DNA of 63,044 nucleotides, counting the filler, from Octopus bimaculoides (lineage: Eukaryota): NCBI RefSeq assembly GCF_001194135.2. It is 5 parts of 5 records of this genome, joined end to end, with 100 filler letters (N's around TTAATTAATTAA, not from the genome) between each part and the next. Parts side by side here need not be neighbours in the genome. Positions count along the whole stretch, not along the records: positions 33,664 to 53,937 come from NC_068989.1; positions 54,038 to 60,297 come from NC_068981.1; positions 60,398 to 63,044 come from NC_069008.1; 2 more parts are not named here. One strand, 5' to 3'. The notes below the pieces were generated by a model. It was given only the letters and a program-made list of their open reading frames with translations. It was not told the DNA's origin and made no database searches. Made by a program: the position numbers and the translations under genes. This document shows, piece after piece, positions 50,165 through 62,699 of this stretch. The number at the start of each line of letters is the position of its first letter. The stretch's first letter is position 1.

Positions 50165-50516
50165 NNNNNNNNNNNNNNNNNNNNNNNNNNNNNNNNNNNN
50201 NNNNNNNNNNNNNNNNNNNNNNNNNNNNNNNNNNNNNNNNNNNNNNNNNNNNNNNNNNNNNNNNNNNNNNNNNNNNNNNNNNNNNNNNNNNNNNNNNNNN
50301 NNNNNNNNNNNNNNNNNNNNNNNNNNNNNNNNNNNNNNNNNNNNNNNNNNNNNNNNNNNNNNNNNNNNNNNNNNNNNNNNNNNNNNNNNNNNNNNNNNNN
50401 NNNNNNNNNNNNNNNNNNNNNNNNNNNNNNNNNNNNNNNNNNNNNNNNNNNNNNNNNNNNNNNNNNNNNNNNNNNNNNNNNNNNNNNNNNNNNNNNNNNN
50501 NNNNNNNNNNNNNNNN

Positions 50517-50559
<43 letters not shown>

Positions 50560-50699
50560 ATATATATATGTATATACATGTGTGTGTATGTGTGTATGCA
50601 TGCATGTAGATCTGTATGTATGTATGTATATGAGCAGATTTGTATGTTTTACTTTATGTATGTATGCAGTTGAATATCTATACATGCTCATATATATTT

Positions 50700-51330
50700 A
50701 AATGATAAAGTTCTGGAAAGTTTTACAGATTTTTACAGTTCTAATGATGGATTGGATCTATAATCTTCGAATTAGCTTTCTCTTTTCCGGTTTTGAGAAG
50801 CCTAATTTCTTATGATTAGTATTTAGGCAGTGTGTTACATATCCCATAATCTCAATGATTACAGGAATGAACCTGAACCTGTAACCTGGATAGAGTAACG
50901 GCAGATTTCTCAATAGTTCAGCGTAAGTGTTCTCTTTTTCACTGTTCTTCACCTTCATGTTAAAATCCGCTGGGCAGCTACTTTCTACAATTTATGCAGT
51001 TTCTCTTCTCTGTCCCGAATCATTATATCAGGACTGTTGTGCTTACATTTTATTGAGGTCTTCACTGGTACATTGCATCAGTACTCCTTTTTATTATGTG
51101 TAGCTATAGCTTCTACCACACCGTGGGTTCTTATTTCTTTGTCCTCGGGGTTATCCTTCAGACGGATTTCATTATAGAGTGTTCTAACTACTACATCATC
51201 AGCTTATGATGTGGGTGTTATCTTCTGTGTTAACTCCACAAAGTCTGCATCGGTTGTCACATTTTACTGCTTTAATGCATCTCTATTCATTTTACTGCTT
51301 TTCTGCATCTCTATTCCATCAGATACTTAG
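50700..51330 (-). mobile_element. RLE-type LINE 3' fragment (PD-(D/E)xK endonuclease)
   Basis: Minus strand DVVVRTLYNEIR, NVPVKTSIKCKHNSPDIMIRDREE, KENTYAELLRNL.LLYP...FIPVII..MG, KLGFSKPEKRKLIRRL. Confidence 0.85.
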
Positions 51331-51374
51331 TTGATATTCCCTGTTCCTGGATTGGTAAGAAGCTTTGCCTTTGA

Positions 51375-51495
51375 ATCACAGAGGGTCTCGGGTTCACTCC
51401 CAATGCACCTTCGGCAAGTGTCTTCTACTATAGCTTATGGCCAACCAAAGCATTGTGAGTGCATTTGATAGATGGAAACTGAAAGAGAAGACAGT
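51375..51495 (+). mobile_element. SINE family B, 5' half
   Basis: GGGTTCACTCCC...GCACCTTCGGCAAGTGTCTTCTACTATAGC...GGAAACTGAAAG. Confidence 0.8.
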
Positions 51496-52291
51496 ATGTA
51501 TGTATGCAGCTAATGAGATGAAAACACACCCCAATCTGTCTTGATAATGTAATCGGTGAGTAGGGCATACCAGTCACTGTTTCCCAATTCCACTTTTCAC
51601 TCTACTGTTTTGATTCTTAAAATGTACGTCCCTCTTGTAGCTCCGGAGTAATGGTCACATGTAACTGATGAAAACAACAACGGATAGGTAGGAGACATTC
51701 ACAATGTTATATAATAAGCATTGGCGTGTCCTTTTGAAACAGCTGTAGTACTTGATTACCTATTTTTTTTCTTTCTACTTAGAGACTTGATAATCGCATA
51801 AGAAGCGCATTTGTTGCTTTGGAACTGGAGTCGCAAAGTAAATGTCATCGGAAATTTCTGAATATCGCTATTATAATGCATTGATTAATAAACATTATTG
51901 ATCAATTATCGATCCACTTGTATATTCTAGATAAGCCTTGTTTATGTAGAGACTAAACAACTGCTTTTGCCAAGCTCACTTGACTGACNNNNNNNNNNNN
52001 NNNNNNNNNNNNNNNNNNNNNNNNNNNNNNNNNNNNNNNNNNNNNNNNNNNNNNNNNNNNNNNNNNNNNNNNNNNNNNNNNNNNNNNNNNNNNNNNNNNN
52101 NNNNNNNNNNNNNNNNNNNNNNNNNNNNNNNNNNNNNNNNNNNNNNNNNNNNNNNNNNNNNNNNNNNNNNNNNNNNNNNNNNNNNNNNNNNNNNNNNNNN
52201 NNNNNNNNNNNNNNNNNNNNNNNNNNNNNNNNNNNNNNNNNNNNNNNNNNNNNNNNNNTATATATATACATATATATAAACAAGGAGAACA

Positions 52292-53400
52292 GGTATCTTT
52301 TCTGTTTGGCTGCCAGCATCATTTCTGTTCGAATTGATTTCACATTCAGTGCAATTACACTTTTATAAGTTAATTAATGACGTGAAAGTAATTTTGCTAT
52401 AAATCAAGAAATAAAGAGTTATTAGTAATTGAAATTTGAAAAGTTTGGTAATTTTAGCCAATCGTTAGCCACAGACACATTCATAACTGTTTCGATTGAT
52501 AAGAAGCGGAACATGAGAACTCTTTGGTCTCTCAATGTGCCTGTTGCCATATTAACAAGCGAATCCGCGAAGTCTTTGAAAAGTCTTTTATCTGCGAGGA
52601 AGCACGTGTTGACAAATTTAACGCTGTGTTCTATGTTCTATGTGATTATATCAGCAAGCTATAGTAACTTAGCTTCTATTATGGAAACACTGAAAACAGA
52701 GGAGGATATTTTTTTTAATTAAAACCGAAAGTTAAATGTTTGTTTTTTAATGCTTAAATGTTTGCTTTTTAAACATATTTTATTCGCTCTTATATTCATA
52801 TATAGCCTATAAACATGTACATCTTTTGGATCATTGTCATGTTATAAGATTTTTCTGGCAAATTTTAAAATTAACATAAACATTTATTTGCGTGAAAGAA
52901 AATTACCGGGGAACTTTCATCTAATTCTTTCAAATTTTTCCGTTAAAAATTGTAAATTTTTTTATCGAATGTACCGTGTTGTTTATCACATTTGCATTTA
53001 ATGTATATTCAATGCTTAAATGTTTGCTTCTTTTTGTAATTGAGAATTGAAGTGGTTGTGATATGTGCTAAAAATAACAGCTAAATAAGATTTATTTACA
53101 TGAAAGACAATTACCGGAGACGTAACACGTGCTGTTTACAAATATTTATAATGCGTGCTATTTTCAGGATGTTGACGACAAAGTCTGCAGTCACGCACAA
53201 AATGACAGCTTCCAAATCCTGTTTCCCGACAGGGGGAAAATGATCAAAATTTTAAACCTCTATAACTTTTTTAAATGATTTTTCTGGAAAAAATTAAATA
53301 GCTCCAGCAATTCAGTTTAGGCAAGTGTATTATTGTGCCAAATCAAAAAAATTTCGGTAAACTAATTTTTGAAAAGCTGGCAGCCAAACCGAAAGGATCC
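52292..53400. mobile_element. Putative non-autonomous DNA transposon with ~25-bp TIRs
   Basis: ATCTTTTCTGTTTGGCTGCCAGC (52295) vs GCTGGCAGCCAAACCGAAAGGAT (ending 53398); no TSD or ORF found. Confidence 0.55.
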
Positions 53401-53754
53401 AATCACGTCTTTCCATTTCTGCACCTACATATGTTTCTGCGGCTTTTTTTGTGAACACTGCAGAATTATGCATATTTCATATGACGTGGAATTTCTACTC
53501 TAAAAATAGCCTAAATTTTGACCATTTCAGCTCTGCTGGTTAGAAAAAATAAATGAATAGCTGTCCAAGAATGTGTCAGTAATCAGCAAATGCGGTGAAT
53601 GGTAGTATGTTTTGTATCAGGTTACTTAGTCTATGATGATGTTATTATTGTTAATATTATTATCATCACTTTCACAACTACTACCACTACTATTCTTAAT
53701 ATTATTGTTTATAATGAGCTATTGTTATATTATTTAATATATATGTATATATCT

Positions 53755-53915
53755 TTTTTCTCCCCTTGTTTCTTTCTGTGTTCCTTTCTGTGAAAGAGCG
53801 TAGACTCGAAACGTTAAAAACGTCTTCACTTCCCGAGCGTTATACTAATGCATCTGTTTGTTGTCTACACCACCTGTCTACGTCTTTTGGGGGTTTTTTT
53901 GTGAATTCTTCCTAT
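53755..53915 (+). mobile_element. PLE-type terminal repeat family A
   Basis: Homologous to 19285-19445; hammerhead-like CTTT|CTGTGAA-A|GAGC-GTAG-ACTC|GAA-ACGT-T|AAAA at 53784-53819; ends at (TA)n. Confidence 0.7.
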
Positions 53916-55884
53916 ATATATATATATATATATATATNNNNNNNNNNNNNNNNNNNNNNNNNNNNNNNNNNNNNNNNNNNNTTAATTAATTAANNNNNNN
54001 NNNNNNNNNNNNNNNNNNNNNNNNNNNNNNNNNNNNNGTGTGTGTGTGTGTGTGTGCCGCTTAAAGTTGTGGAAGGAATTTGTAGCAGGAATATAAATAT
54101 ATATAGGTAAATCAAAAATTGAAGAAAAACAACAATAGTTAAAAGACGGACACAATGAATATATATTAAATTGACGCTCAGAGAAAGTTTGCGATGGAAA
54201 ATAGAGTGGGAGTGATGCTTCGAGCATGCTTTTCGTCAGAAAGATGACAAAGAAAAACCCCAGAAAGAAGGAAAACAATAGTCCGAGTGGGTTGAGGTGT
54301 ACATATGTGTATCTGCGTGTGTGCATGAGTTTGTGTATGTATGTATGTATGTATGTATGTATGTGCGCGTATGTGTGGTGAAATCAGCCTCTCGGGTTAC
54401 ATCTAAACGCAAAATCAGCGAAAATTTTGCATTCATCACATAAACCTGAAATAAAATTATAATAAATGCAATAAACTATATTTTTATTTGTAATTAGAGC
54501 TCTTTTAACCCACGTCCCATATTTCCCATCTTCACTTGACTTCAGTTTTTCTTTTTTGTTTTATCTTCAATGGTAATATACAAAAAATTCATAGAGTGGG
54601 CACACCAATACATAGGTTTGTTTGTTTCCTAGAAACTTCTTTGCTTTGTGCATTTGTCTCAATAAACAGCGCCCTCATGTATTTCTCTGAGCATACAAAC
54701 CCAGAAGTTGTTTGTAGTAGCATGAGCGTTTCTCTCCAACAAAGGCAACCCAATGTTCTTGAGAAGATTTGTGGTAATGGTAATCCGAGATTGTGTCAAA
54801 AGCTGATGGTTCCTAAAGACCACTAATTTTCTCAATATACTGCAGAGAGGTACGTGTCCTCCTGGTATCAGCTTCACAGGATCGGTTAAAGTCATGAAGA
54901 AAACGAGAAATGTAAGTGGTACTCATAAACATCGTTTTCATTCCTTCACCTTTCAAGACCACCTGTAGTAATGCTTTCACTATCACAATCGTGTCCTTAG
55001 TTCATTCTTCCCTATTCCTCAACAGACATATCGGATTTGAGGCAAGGAATTGCTATACTGTTACTCTCGCTAGCAACGTATCGTCTGGCCATTTGGAAGG
55101 GGAACTGATATACGAAACAAGGATGGAGTATATCGGTCAGTTGTCTCTTCACATCAAGCAAGCTGTAGTTCACTGCAATAGACTACACTCTGGTCATCTG
55201 AGTTTTGTCCTGGTTATATATTTAAATCACCAAATCATCAACAGACCATCCCGTATCTTATCTCCCTTTTGTCATAGAAGAGCCTTTCTACTTCAACGTT
55301 TCAAATTCACAAACGGTTGTTATCTACTGTCATAGGTTAACCGACCGTTGTGCTCTCCTTTACACCGAAGCGGGAAATTGCTATAAACTTTATAGCAGAC
55401 ACATGTAACCATAAATATCATTCGCTTGGTTACGACGCAACCACTTATCTTACTGCTCGTCATCTCTGAAAATCGATCTAATGGGTGTTTTGAGTGTCAT
55501 AAAAAAGCAACCTGATGTCACCTGCCTGAATAATCAGGCGTGGTAGGACATAGAAAATAACGAAAGAGTAAATCATTAATTTCGAAAGAATACATAAATT
55601 CTACTACATACATTTAATACTCTTTATTCCGTTTTTAACATACGAACGCACACACTCGCAAACAAACAAACACACGCACACAACACAATCACACATATAC
55701 AAACACACACATATAGATGCACGCAAACACACTGATATATGTACATACATATATATATAAATACATATATACATATGTCGGTCAGTAGTTGGTATATCCG
55801 AAAATAAGCACTACCCTAAATATTAAGTAGTAATATTTACAAGGTTGCTTCTTATGGCCAGTCAGAGAGTTAGCATTGGTTTGG

Positions 55885-56833
55885 CACTTATAAAGCGCTT
55901 AGCTGTATAGGTGACTCACAGATTCAAATGGCCAAAGACACATAACCTCCTTACAACTGGAAGGAGGAAAACGTCATCGGCAGATACTTTTGTGAACAAA
56001 AAATTCCGGAACGAAACTTTACTGGCAAAGACTAAGACGCAACGGAGTTATACCCCTTAGACTGATATCAGTTTTATCGATATCGGGCCTGCTAGAGATG
56101 TCCGAGGCTAAGAGCGTCTCCCTGGTCGGCAGATGGAAAATTCTAGGTGTTGGGGCCTAGAATATAAGAGATGCAGTCCTTAAACCCACTGGACACCAAA
56201 GCCTCGTTAGAATAGGGACCTACGATGTCGGAAATTTCTTGACTGAAGGACAGATTGGAAATCCCTTTACTGATACACTTCACTAAGTTCTTGAACACGA
56301 CAGGTGGGTAGCAGGAAGCTATGTTAAGCACAACATCACGTCCCAGGCTAGCTACGTATAACGTTTAAAAGAGGAAGGTATGCCATAAATAATTAAATGG
56401 ATGCTACTAGAACAACCCGGGTCATTCCTTAAAAATAACAAATGATGTAAGCTTTGCTTGGCCGAAAGAGCAAGAATCCTGATAAACTCACTCCACTTGG
56501 GGAACTTTATAAACTCCAAAAAGGAGATGCCTAGTCAGTGCCCTCATCAGAGGAAATTAATGTTAAAATATAGAATTGCCCATTTACCGACTAGGGAAAT
56601 GCTGGCAGCCTCGGACATCTTCGGCAGGCTCCTCGTAGACATGACTGAAAATTGTCTATGTGGAGTAACTCCGTCTCACCCTGGGTTTTGCCAGTAGAGC
56701 TTAGTTCCAGAATATTTTTGCTTACAAAATTAGCTGACCATAAAGTTTTCCTACCACCAGTTATAAACAGGTTATGTGCCTGCAGCCATTTTAATCTGTC
56801 GAGTCGTCTATACAGCTAAGCGGTGTTTAAGTG
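55885..56833. mobile_element. Rearranged Penelope-like element: ~265-bp inverted arms around back-to-back RT-thumb (-) and GIY-YIG C-terminal (+) fragments
   Basis: Minus 56143-56331 SCYPPVVFKNLVKCISKGISNLS...PYSNEALVSSGF (PLE thumb); plus ~56395-56570 WMLLE...CKLCLAERARI...INSKKEMPSQCPH; arms 55885-56147 and 56571-56833 align in inverted orientation. Confidence 0.82.
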
Positions 56834-58334
56834 AAAAACTAATGGTCACTTTCTGACCCGCCTTAAAAACAACCTTCTAAATACACGCACACACACACGC
56901 ACATACACACACATATATATATACGTATATATATATATGTATCTGTGTGTGTGCACTTGTACACATGTATGTATGTAGTATGTATGTATGTATGTATTAG
57001 AATGTGCTGATAACATTTTTATATGCATGTTTTCAAATTAAATTTTACTACATCAATCTCTAGATTTCGTTCTTTTCTCTCTTCCTTACACTAGTAATGA
57101 ACTATGATCAATAATGCCGCTATCCAAGAGAAATGCTTTCCGTGTACAGCTTCCTATCTTTTATTCTCCTTTCGCAAACTTAATAATTATTTAAATTAAT
57201 TTAATATAATCTTTAACAGACCCTAAATTTCCAACATTATCCCACTGATGAGGCCCAGATATATCGAAATAGCAGCCATATGTGAATGTAAAACTCTATG
57301 ATTAAAATATAGATGAAAAGAAAGAAAATTTCATCAAATACGTGCATAAAGATATTTTGTTTCCTTTCACTAACGAGAAAAATATATTAGTAATATGGAT
57401 TGCTGACAAGGCAATTTTCTCCCTTGCCATAGAAAAACCAATTAACTAAGAGATTATATATGTGTTATCATGAGTCAGTGTGTATCTCTGTGTATGTATG
57501 TCGGTAAGTATGTATGTATGTATGTAGGTAGGTAGGTAGGTAGGTATTTGTGTGTGTTTTGTGTGTATTTGTGTGTGTGTTAGACTTTTCATATTGCTAC
57601 AAAATAAATATTCGACAAATTGTGAATACATTGTGCGTAAATTAATGTAGAAATAACAATATCAAATTTATTTTTCTCTATTTCAATCACACATGATAAC
57701 TATGGAATAAAACAGAATTTTGAGCAAGTTTAAAATGAAAAATCATAGTCAGAAATTAAATATTCACCTGGTTATACAACCTTCTTTTTTTTATACCTTT
57801 TTCTTTTGCGAATCCATTTCTCAATCGTCTTGCTGGGGAAAATTGCTTGCAATAATGTTCCAATAACATGTTTAACCGGAAACCCATGTCGGAACTATCG
57901 AACCGTTTCGATTCCCAACAGGGTGATACTGATGTTGGCCCCAGAATTACTAAACGTATAATAGAAATTGGATTTCACATCTACTAAATGGCCCACTGAA
58001 CGAATCATAGCTGCTTTGTTCGATAAATTTGAGTTTTCAGAAACGGAATAATGCACATGATTCGTCAAAGCTGAGTGTAGACTTCTATTTCTCTAAAGAT
58101 TGTGATAATGATTTCTAGGTTTCTACAGGGCTGACAATCAGTTAGAGAGAATGCAATTAAATCGACTCAAACATATTAATATTGTAGATATTATTTTGGG
58201 TGGGTTAAAGGAAAAGTCGACTACAATCGGGTTTAAACACAGAATGGCATAAATGTTATGACATGTTCTTTTTCCTGTACTGCTGCTTCTAAAATATTTT
58301 TGGCCATTTGTTTGCTCAGTCAAGATGGATCTAC

Positions 58335-58633
58335 GGCTAAACACCAACAACTACGTCGCGGATATCACTGAGCAGATATCACTAAGCCTTGGCAAAATTT
58401 GTTGCAGATTCTCTGCTCAACTTTATCATCGTCAATGCGATGATCACCAGCTACACATCTTTCTTCCAAGCACTGCTATAAACAGCGGAAGCGAGCTAGA
58501 GCGTTAAAATTTTAGTGCGCATACACAGCAGAGTTCGAAGTCAATCTGTTCAATCTGTGCCAAGCGGTTTCACTCTCTGTGCTTTAGCTTCGTTACTATA
58601 GCAACAGTCCGGATATTTATTGATCAGAGCTCG
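58335..58633 (-). mobile_element. mariner 5' fragment, same family as 25560-25983
   Basis: TIR (TA)CGAGCTCTGATCAATAAATATCCGGACTG; shared TAAACAGCGGAAG(T/C)GAGCTAGA...TTAGTGCGCAT.CACAGCAGAGTTC. Confidence 0.85.
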
Positions 58634-58685
58634 TATACATACATATATATATATATATATATTCTTTCCTTTCATCTATTTGTAT

Positions 58686-58994
58686 GTCATTTGACGGCGG
58701 CCATGCTGGAGCGCCGACTTTAGTCGAACAAATCAACCCCAGGACATTCTTTGTAAGCCTAGTACTTATTCTATCAGACTCTCTTGTCGAACCGCTAGAT
58801 GACGGGGACATAAACACACAAGCATCGGTTGTCAAGCGATGTTGGGGGGACAAACACATACATACACATACACACACACATATAGATAGATATATATATA
58901 TACGACGGGCTTCTTTCAGTTTCCGTCTACCAAATCCACTCACAAGGCTTTGGTCGGCCCGAGGCTACAGTAGAAGACACTTGCCCAAGGTGCC
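58686..58994 (-). mobile_element. SINE family B, head lost in gap
   Basis: Near-identical to 30130-30450. Confidence 0.9.
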
Positions 58995-59298
58995 NNNNNN
59001 NNNNNNNNNNNNNNNNNNNNNNNNNNNNNNNNNNNNNNNNNNNNNNNNNNNNNNNNNNNNNNNNNNNNNNNNNNNNNNNNNNNNNNNNNNNNNNNNNNNN
59101 NNNNNNNNNNNNNNNNNNNNNNNNNNNNNNNNNNNNNNNNNNNNNNNNNNNNNNNNNNNNNNNNNNNNNNNNNNNNNNNNNNNNNNNCTCACAGTTTATA
59201 TTTATATCATAAGATTTTTAAACTCTTAAATTTTCATATTCAAAAGAGACAGAGACTTCAAATTCGATATATCGATTTATTCACCACTCTATGTTAAC

Positions 59299-59339
<41 letters not shown>

Positions 59340-59459
59340 AGTGATGACTATATTTATTGCATATCGCTTGTAAATTGTGAATAGCCACCTTAATTATTTA
59401 TAATTCTCACTTCACCATTTTGGGAATCAGTCAATGCTTCCTATGCTGTTCTCTGGCAG

Positions 59460-59570
59460 AAAAGGCCACAAGCTGGCAGAAACGTTAGCACGCCGGGCTA
59501 CTGGGATCGATCTAATCGACTGCCACACCTCCCCAAAAAATTTCGGGCCTTGTGCCTAGAGTAGAAATGG
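59460..59570 (+). mobile_element. Internally deleted SINE family A
   Basis: Head GCTGGCAGAAACGTTAGCACGCCGGGC joined directly to tail ACTGGGATCGATCTAATCGAC...GGCCTTGTGCCTAGAGTAG. Confidence 0.75.
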
Positions 59571-60045
59571 TTCTCTATAAAACTGACGAGGTGTGTTAAG
59601 TTCTTTAACCCTCGGCAACGGAGTAATGGGTTACTAATGAAAATTGATAAAAATTGAAATCAGCGCTGATATGACTCCATCTCCCTTGTCGTAGGGAAGG
59701 AGCCTGTTTCCCTTGTCAGTCGTTAGAAAAGTGTTCTCACGTGGCTCAGTGTTGTTTTTGACTCTTATTTCTAGCAATACTGGTGCTTCCTACAGCCCTC
59801 CGCCACTTTAGTGACGAATATACTTGTTGCCTTTCGATAGTAAAATGCGAATAGCCATCTTTGTCATTTATGTGTGTATGTGTGTGTGTGTATGTGTGTC
59901 TGTGTGTGAGTCTGTGTGTGCGTGTGTGTGAGTGCGTGTGTATGTGTGTGTGCGTGTGTGTGTATTGTGTATGTATTGATATGTATATTCAAATGTATAT
60001 ATAGATATATATATATATATTTGTGTGTTTGTACACGCAAATACA

Positions 60046-60084
<39 letters not shown>

Positions 60085-60114
60085 TCACACTCACACACAT
60101 ATATATATATGCAT

Positions 60115-60260
60115 TGCTGTGTGGTAAGGAGCTTGCTTCCCAACCACATGGTTCCGGGCTCATTCCCACTGCGTGGCACCTTGGGCAAATATCTACAATG
60201 GCCTCGGGCTGACCAAAGCCTTGTGGGTAGATTTAGTAGACGGAAACTGAAAGAAGCCCA
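60115..60260 (+). mobile_element. SINE family B, 5' half
   Basis: GCTGTGTGGTAAGGAGCTTGCTTCCCAACC...GCACCTTGGGCAA...GGAAACTGAAAGAAGCCC. Confidence 0.88.
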
Positions 60261-60474
60261 CTATGCGCATGCATATATATATATATATATATATATANNN
60301 NNNNNNNNNNNNNNNNNNNNNNNNNNNNNNNNNNNNNNNNNTTAATTAATTAANNNNNNNNNNNNNNNNNNNNNNNNNNNNNNNNNNNNNNNNNNNNCCA
60401 TCTGAAATGTATTTGTATAAAAAATAACTGTTTTTCTGAAAGGTGTCAGAAAGCAAATTCAGGTAGGTATGCCA

Positions 60475-60806
60475 AAATAAGTAACAGTTGCGCATTGAGG
60501 TCGATATAATCGACTTACTACATCCTCTTCCGAATTGCTGGTTTTGTGCCAAAATTTGAAATCAATATTATGTATGGAAGAAGGCAGAGAGGTGGCAGAA
60601 TCGTTAGCACGCCAGACAAAATGCTTAGCGGCATTTTCTCCGTCTTTACGTTCTGAGTTCAAATTCCGCTGCAGTTGACTTTGCCTTTTATCGTTTTAGG
60701 AGTCAATGAAATAAGGACCACTTGAGCACTGGAGTCATTGTAATCGACTTACCCCTTTCCCCCGGAATTGCTGGCCTTGTATCAAAATTTGAAACTATAT
60801 TATTAT
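60475..60806 (+). mobile_element. Two tandem SINE family A copies (tail 60475-60570; full 60581-60806)
   Basis: GGCAGAATCGTTAGCACGCCAG...GAGTTCAAATTCCGC...TTGACTTTGCC...GAGCACTGGAGTC...TTGCTGGCCTTGT. A third copy lies at 61193-61383. Confidence 0.85.
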
Positions 60807-61174
60807 CAAAGGTGGGCACCGTTAATCGATAAGTTAACTTCGTTAACCATAAACCAAAAAGTAAACTTCGATAACCGTTAATTAGTTATTATTTCCTAAT
60901 CGATAATTCCAAGCCATTAGCATTAATTTTTATTAGAAAAAAAAAGCCAAAAAGCTAAAGAAATTCAGTTTTTTACTCTAAAACTACCTAAAAACCACCT
61001 TTAAAAATTGCCAAAACCATAAAATCTGTTAAAGGAAATTAACGGAAGTTGACTTAAATTAATGGAAGTTTATTATTCCGATAATGATTTCCAAAGTTAA
61101 CGTGAAAGTTAAATCGTTAACGAAAATGCCAACTTCGTCAATTAACGACGAACGATTTGGTGCCCCCAGTTTTG
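60807..61174. mobile_element. hAT-type MITE, 368 bp, 8-bp TSD ATTATTAT
   Basis: Imperfect TIRs CAAAGGTGGGCACC / GGTGCCCCCAGTTTTG; TSD at 60799-60806 and 61175-61182; repeated subterminal GTTAAC/TCGATAA motifs. Confidence 0.82.
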
Positions 61175-61192
61175 ATTATTATATTAAAAAAG

Positions 61193-61383
61193 AAAGTGAC
61201 GAGCTAGCAGAATCGTTTTCATGCCTGGCAAAATGCTTAGCGGCATTTCTTCTGCGATAAATTTTACTTTTCATCCTTTTAGGATCGATGAAATAAATAC
61301 CAGTTGAGCACTGGAGTCAATTACAATCGACTCACCCCGACCCCGAAATTGCTGGCCTTGTGCCAGAATTCGAAACTAATATT
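61193..61383 (+). mobile_element. SINE family A
   Basis: GAGCTAGCAGAATCG...AATGCTTAGCGGCATTTC...TTTCATCCTTTTAGGATCGAT...GAGCACTGGAGTC. Confidence 0.82.
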
Positions 61384-61703
61384 ACAAACGAAAGCGATGT
61401 CACTTGTACGCAAGCGCAGTAAAGGTGATATCCGCCTTCTTGCCTTTTGTTCTTAGTGTTATGTTTCTCATATCACAATTAAAGTCATATCAATATTCAC
61501 CTCGATAAAGAATTTCTGTAAGTATTCAGTTATGAAACTATTATATCTGTTAATTAATATTGTATGTTATCGCCTGCATTAACCCATTCATCATCACCTC
61601 CACAAAACATACCCTTTTAATATTCCTCGTTAGACGTAGACATCAGTTCTGGTCTCCACCACATTGAAGGATGAAACAAATTTAAACAACACAAATCAAG
61701 AAC

Positions 61704-61958
61704 CACCAGTTTTCAACCGTTTTTTTTAACTGCTGGATCCCTTTGATTACTATTTCATTCTGGTGGACCCCCATAACCATTCGATATTTAAAAACTAGCT
61801 TTATAGAAACTTGTTTAGGTTGAACTATGTAAAATGTTAGAGAAGTTAAGCTGTTTCTTGCAATACATCTAAAACAAAATTTTTCAGAGGCTCTTAAAAT
61901 ACTATTGGGAATCCCCGAGTGACTATTTTGTTGCATGGACCCTGGTTGAGAAACCCCA
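61704..61958. mobile_element. Decayed hAT (Charlie/Buster-like) MITE
   Basis: Left CCAGTTTTCAACC...GTGGACCCC, right ATGGACCCTGGTTGAGAAACCCC. Confidence 0.6.
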
Positions 61959-61999
61959 GTTCTAGACTATTCTCTAAATGAGGAGTCGGCGAATCGGGG

Positions 62000-62699
62000 T
62001 AGATTACTCCAAGTGGGGTAATGAGGACTCATTGGACATAAGTAGAATCATATAAAAAATCGTAGTCTGGAATCAGAAGGCAGACAGAAAGTTGACTTTT
62101 GCAACAGCCCACCTTTGCAAACATGGATTTTCCACCCTAATGAACATAAAAATAAAGAGTAATCGATTGGACACTGAAGACTGTCCAAATTGCTCTGGCA
62201 TCAAAATGCATCAATTGTGATGTAATTGTAACTAAAATGAAATATCATTTCTCCCAAACCTGAAGTGAAAAATCTTTGTGTTTCGTAATGAGGATATTAC
62301 GTTATTTTGTCGCATTTGTTTTATATTTATAATTGTATTTTCCATATAAATAAATACAATAAATTTTTTGAATTCAAAGAATCTATGATCGTCTTAGTTT
62401 CAAATCAAGGGAGGTAACGTCGGCGTGAATATATATATTTTGGGGTAACTGGTTAAATAAGTTCCCCGACTCCTGCTCCAACTCGACCATATTTTATATA
62501 TGGACTTCTTTAATTCCTATTTTACTCGGGTATACCCTCCTAACGAGCGATTCGATGTTTTAAAAAATTATATTATAGTTTTTATTAATAATTGTATAAA
62601 CAAAATTGTTAAAATGTTTTGTGTATTGTAGACGTATAACTAATTTATTTGCAAATAAATTTTTGCAAAATCTTCTATGGACCCTGGTTCAGAAACACT
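62000..62699 (+). mobile_element. hAT (Charlie/Buster-like) 3' fragment with dimerisation-domain remnant and right end
   Basis: 62098-62205 encodes FATAHLCKHGFSTLMNIKIKSNRLDTED (hAT C-terminal F.T..LC..GFS.L..IK.K.NRL motif); ends ATGGACCCTGGTTCAGAAACAC like 61935-61958. Confidence 0.78.
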
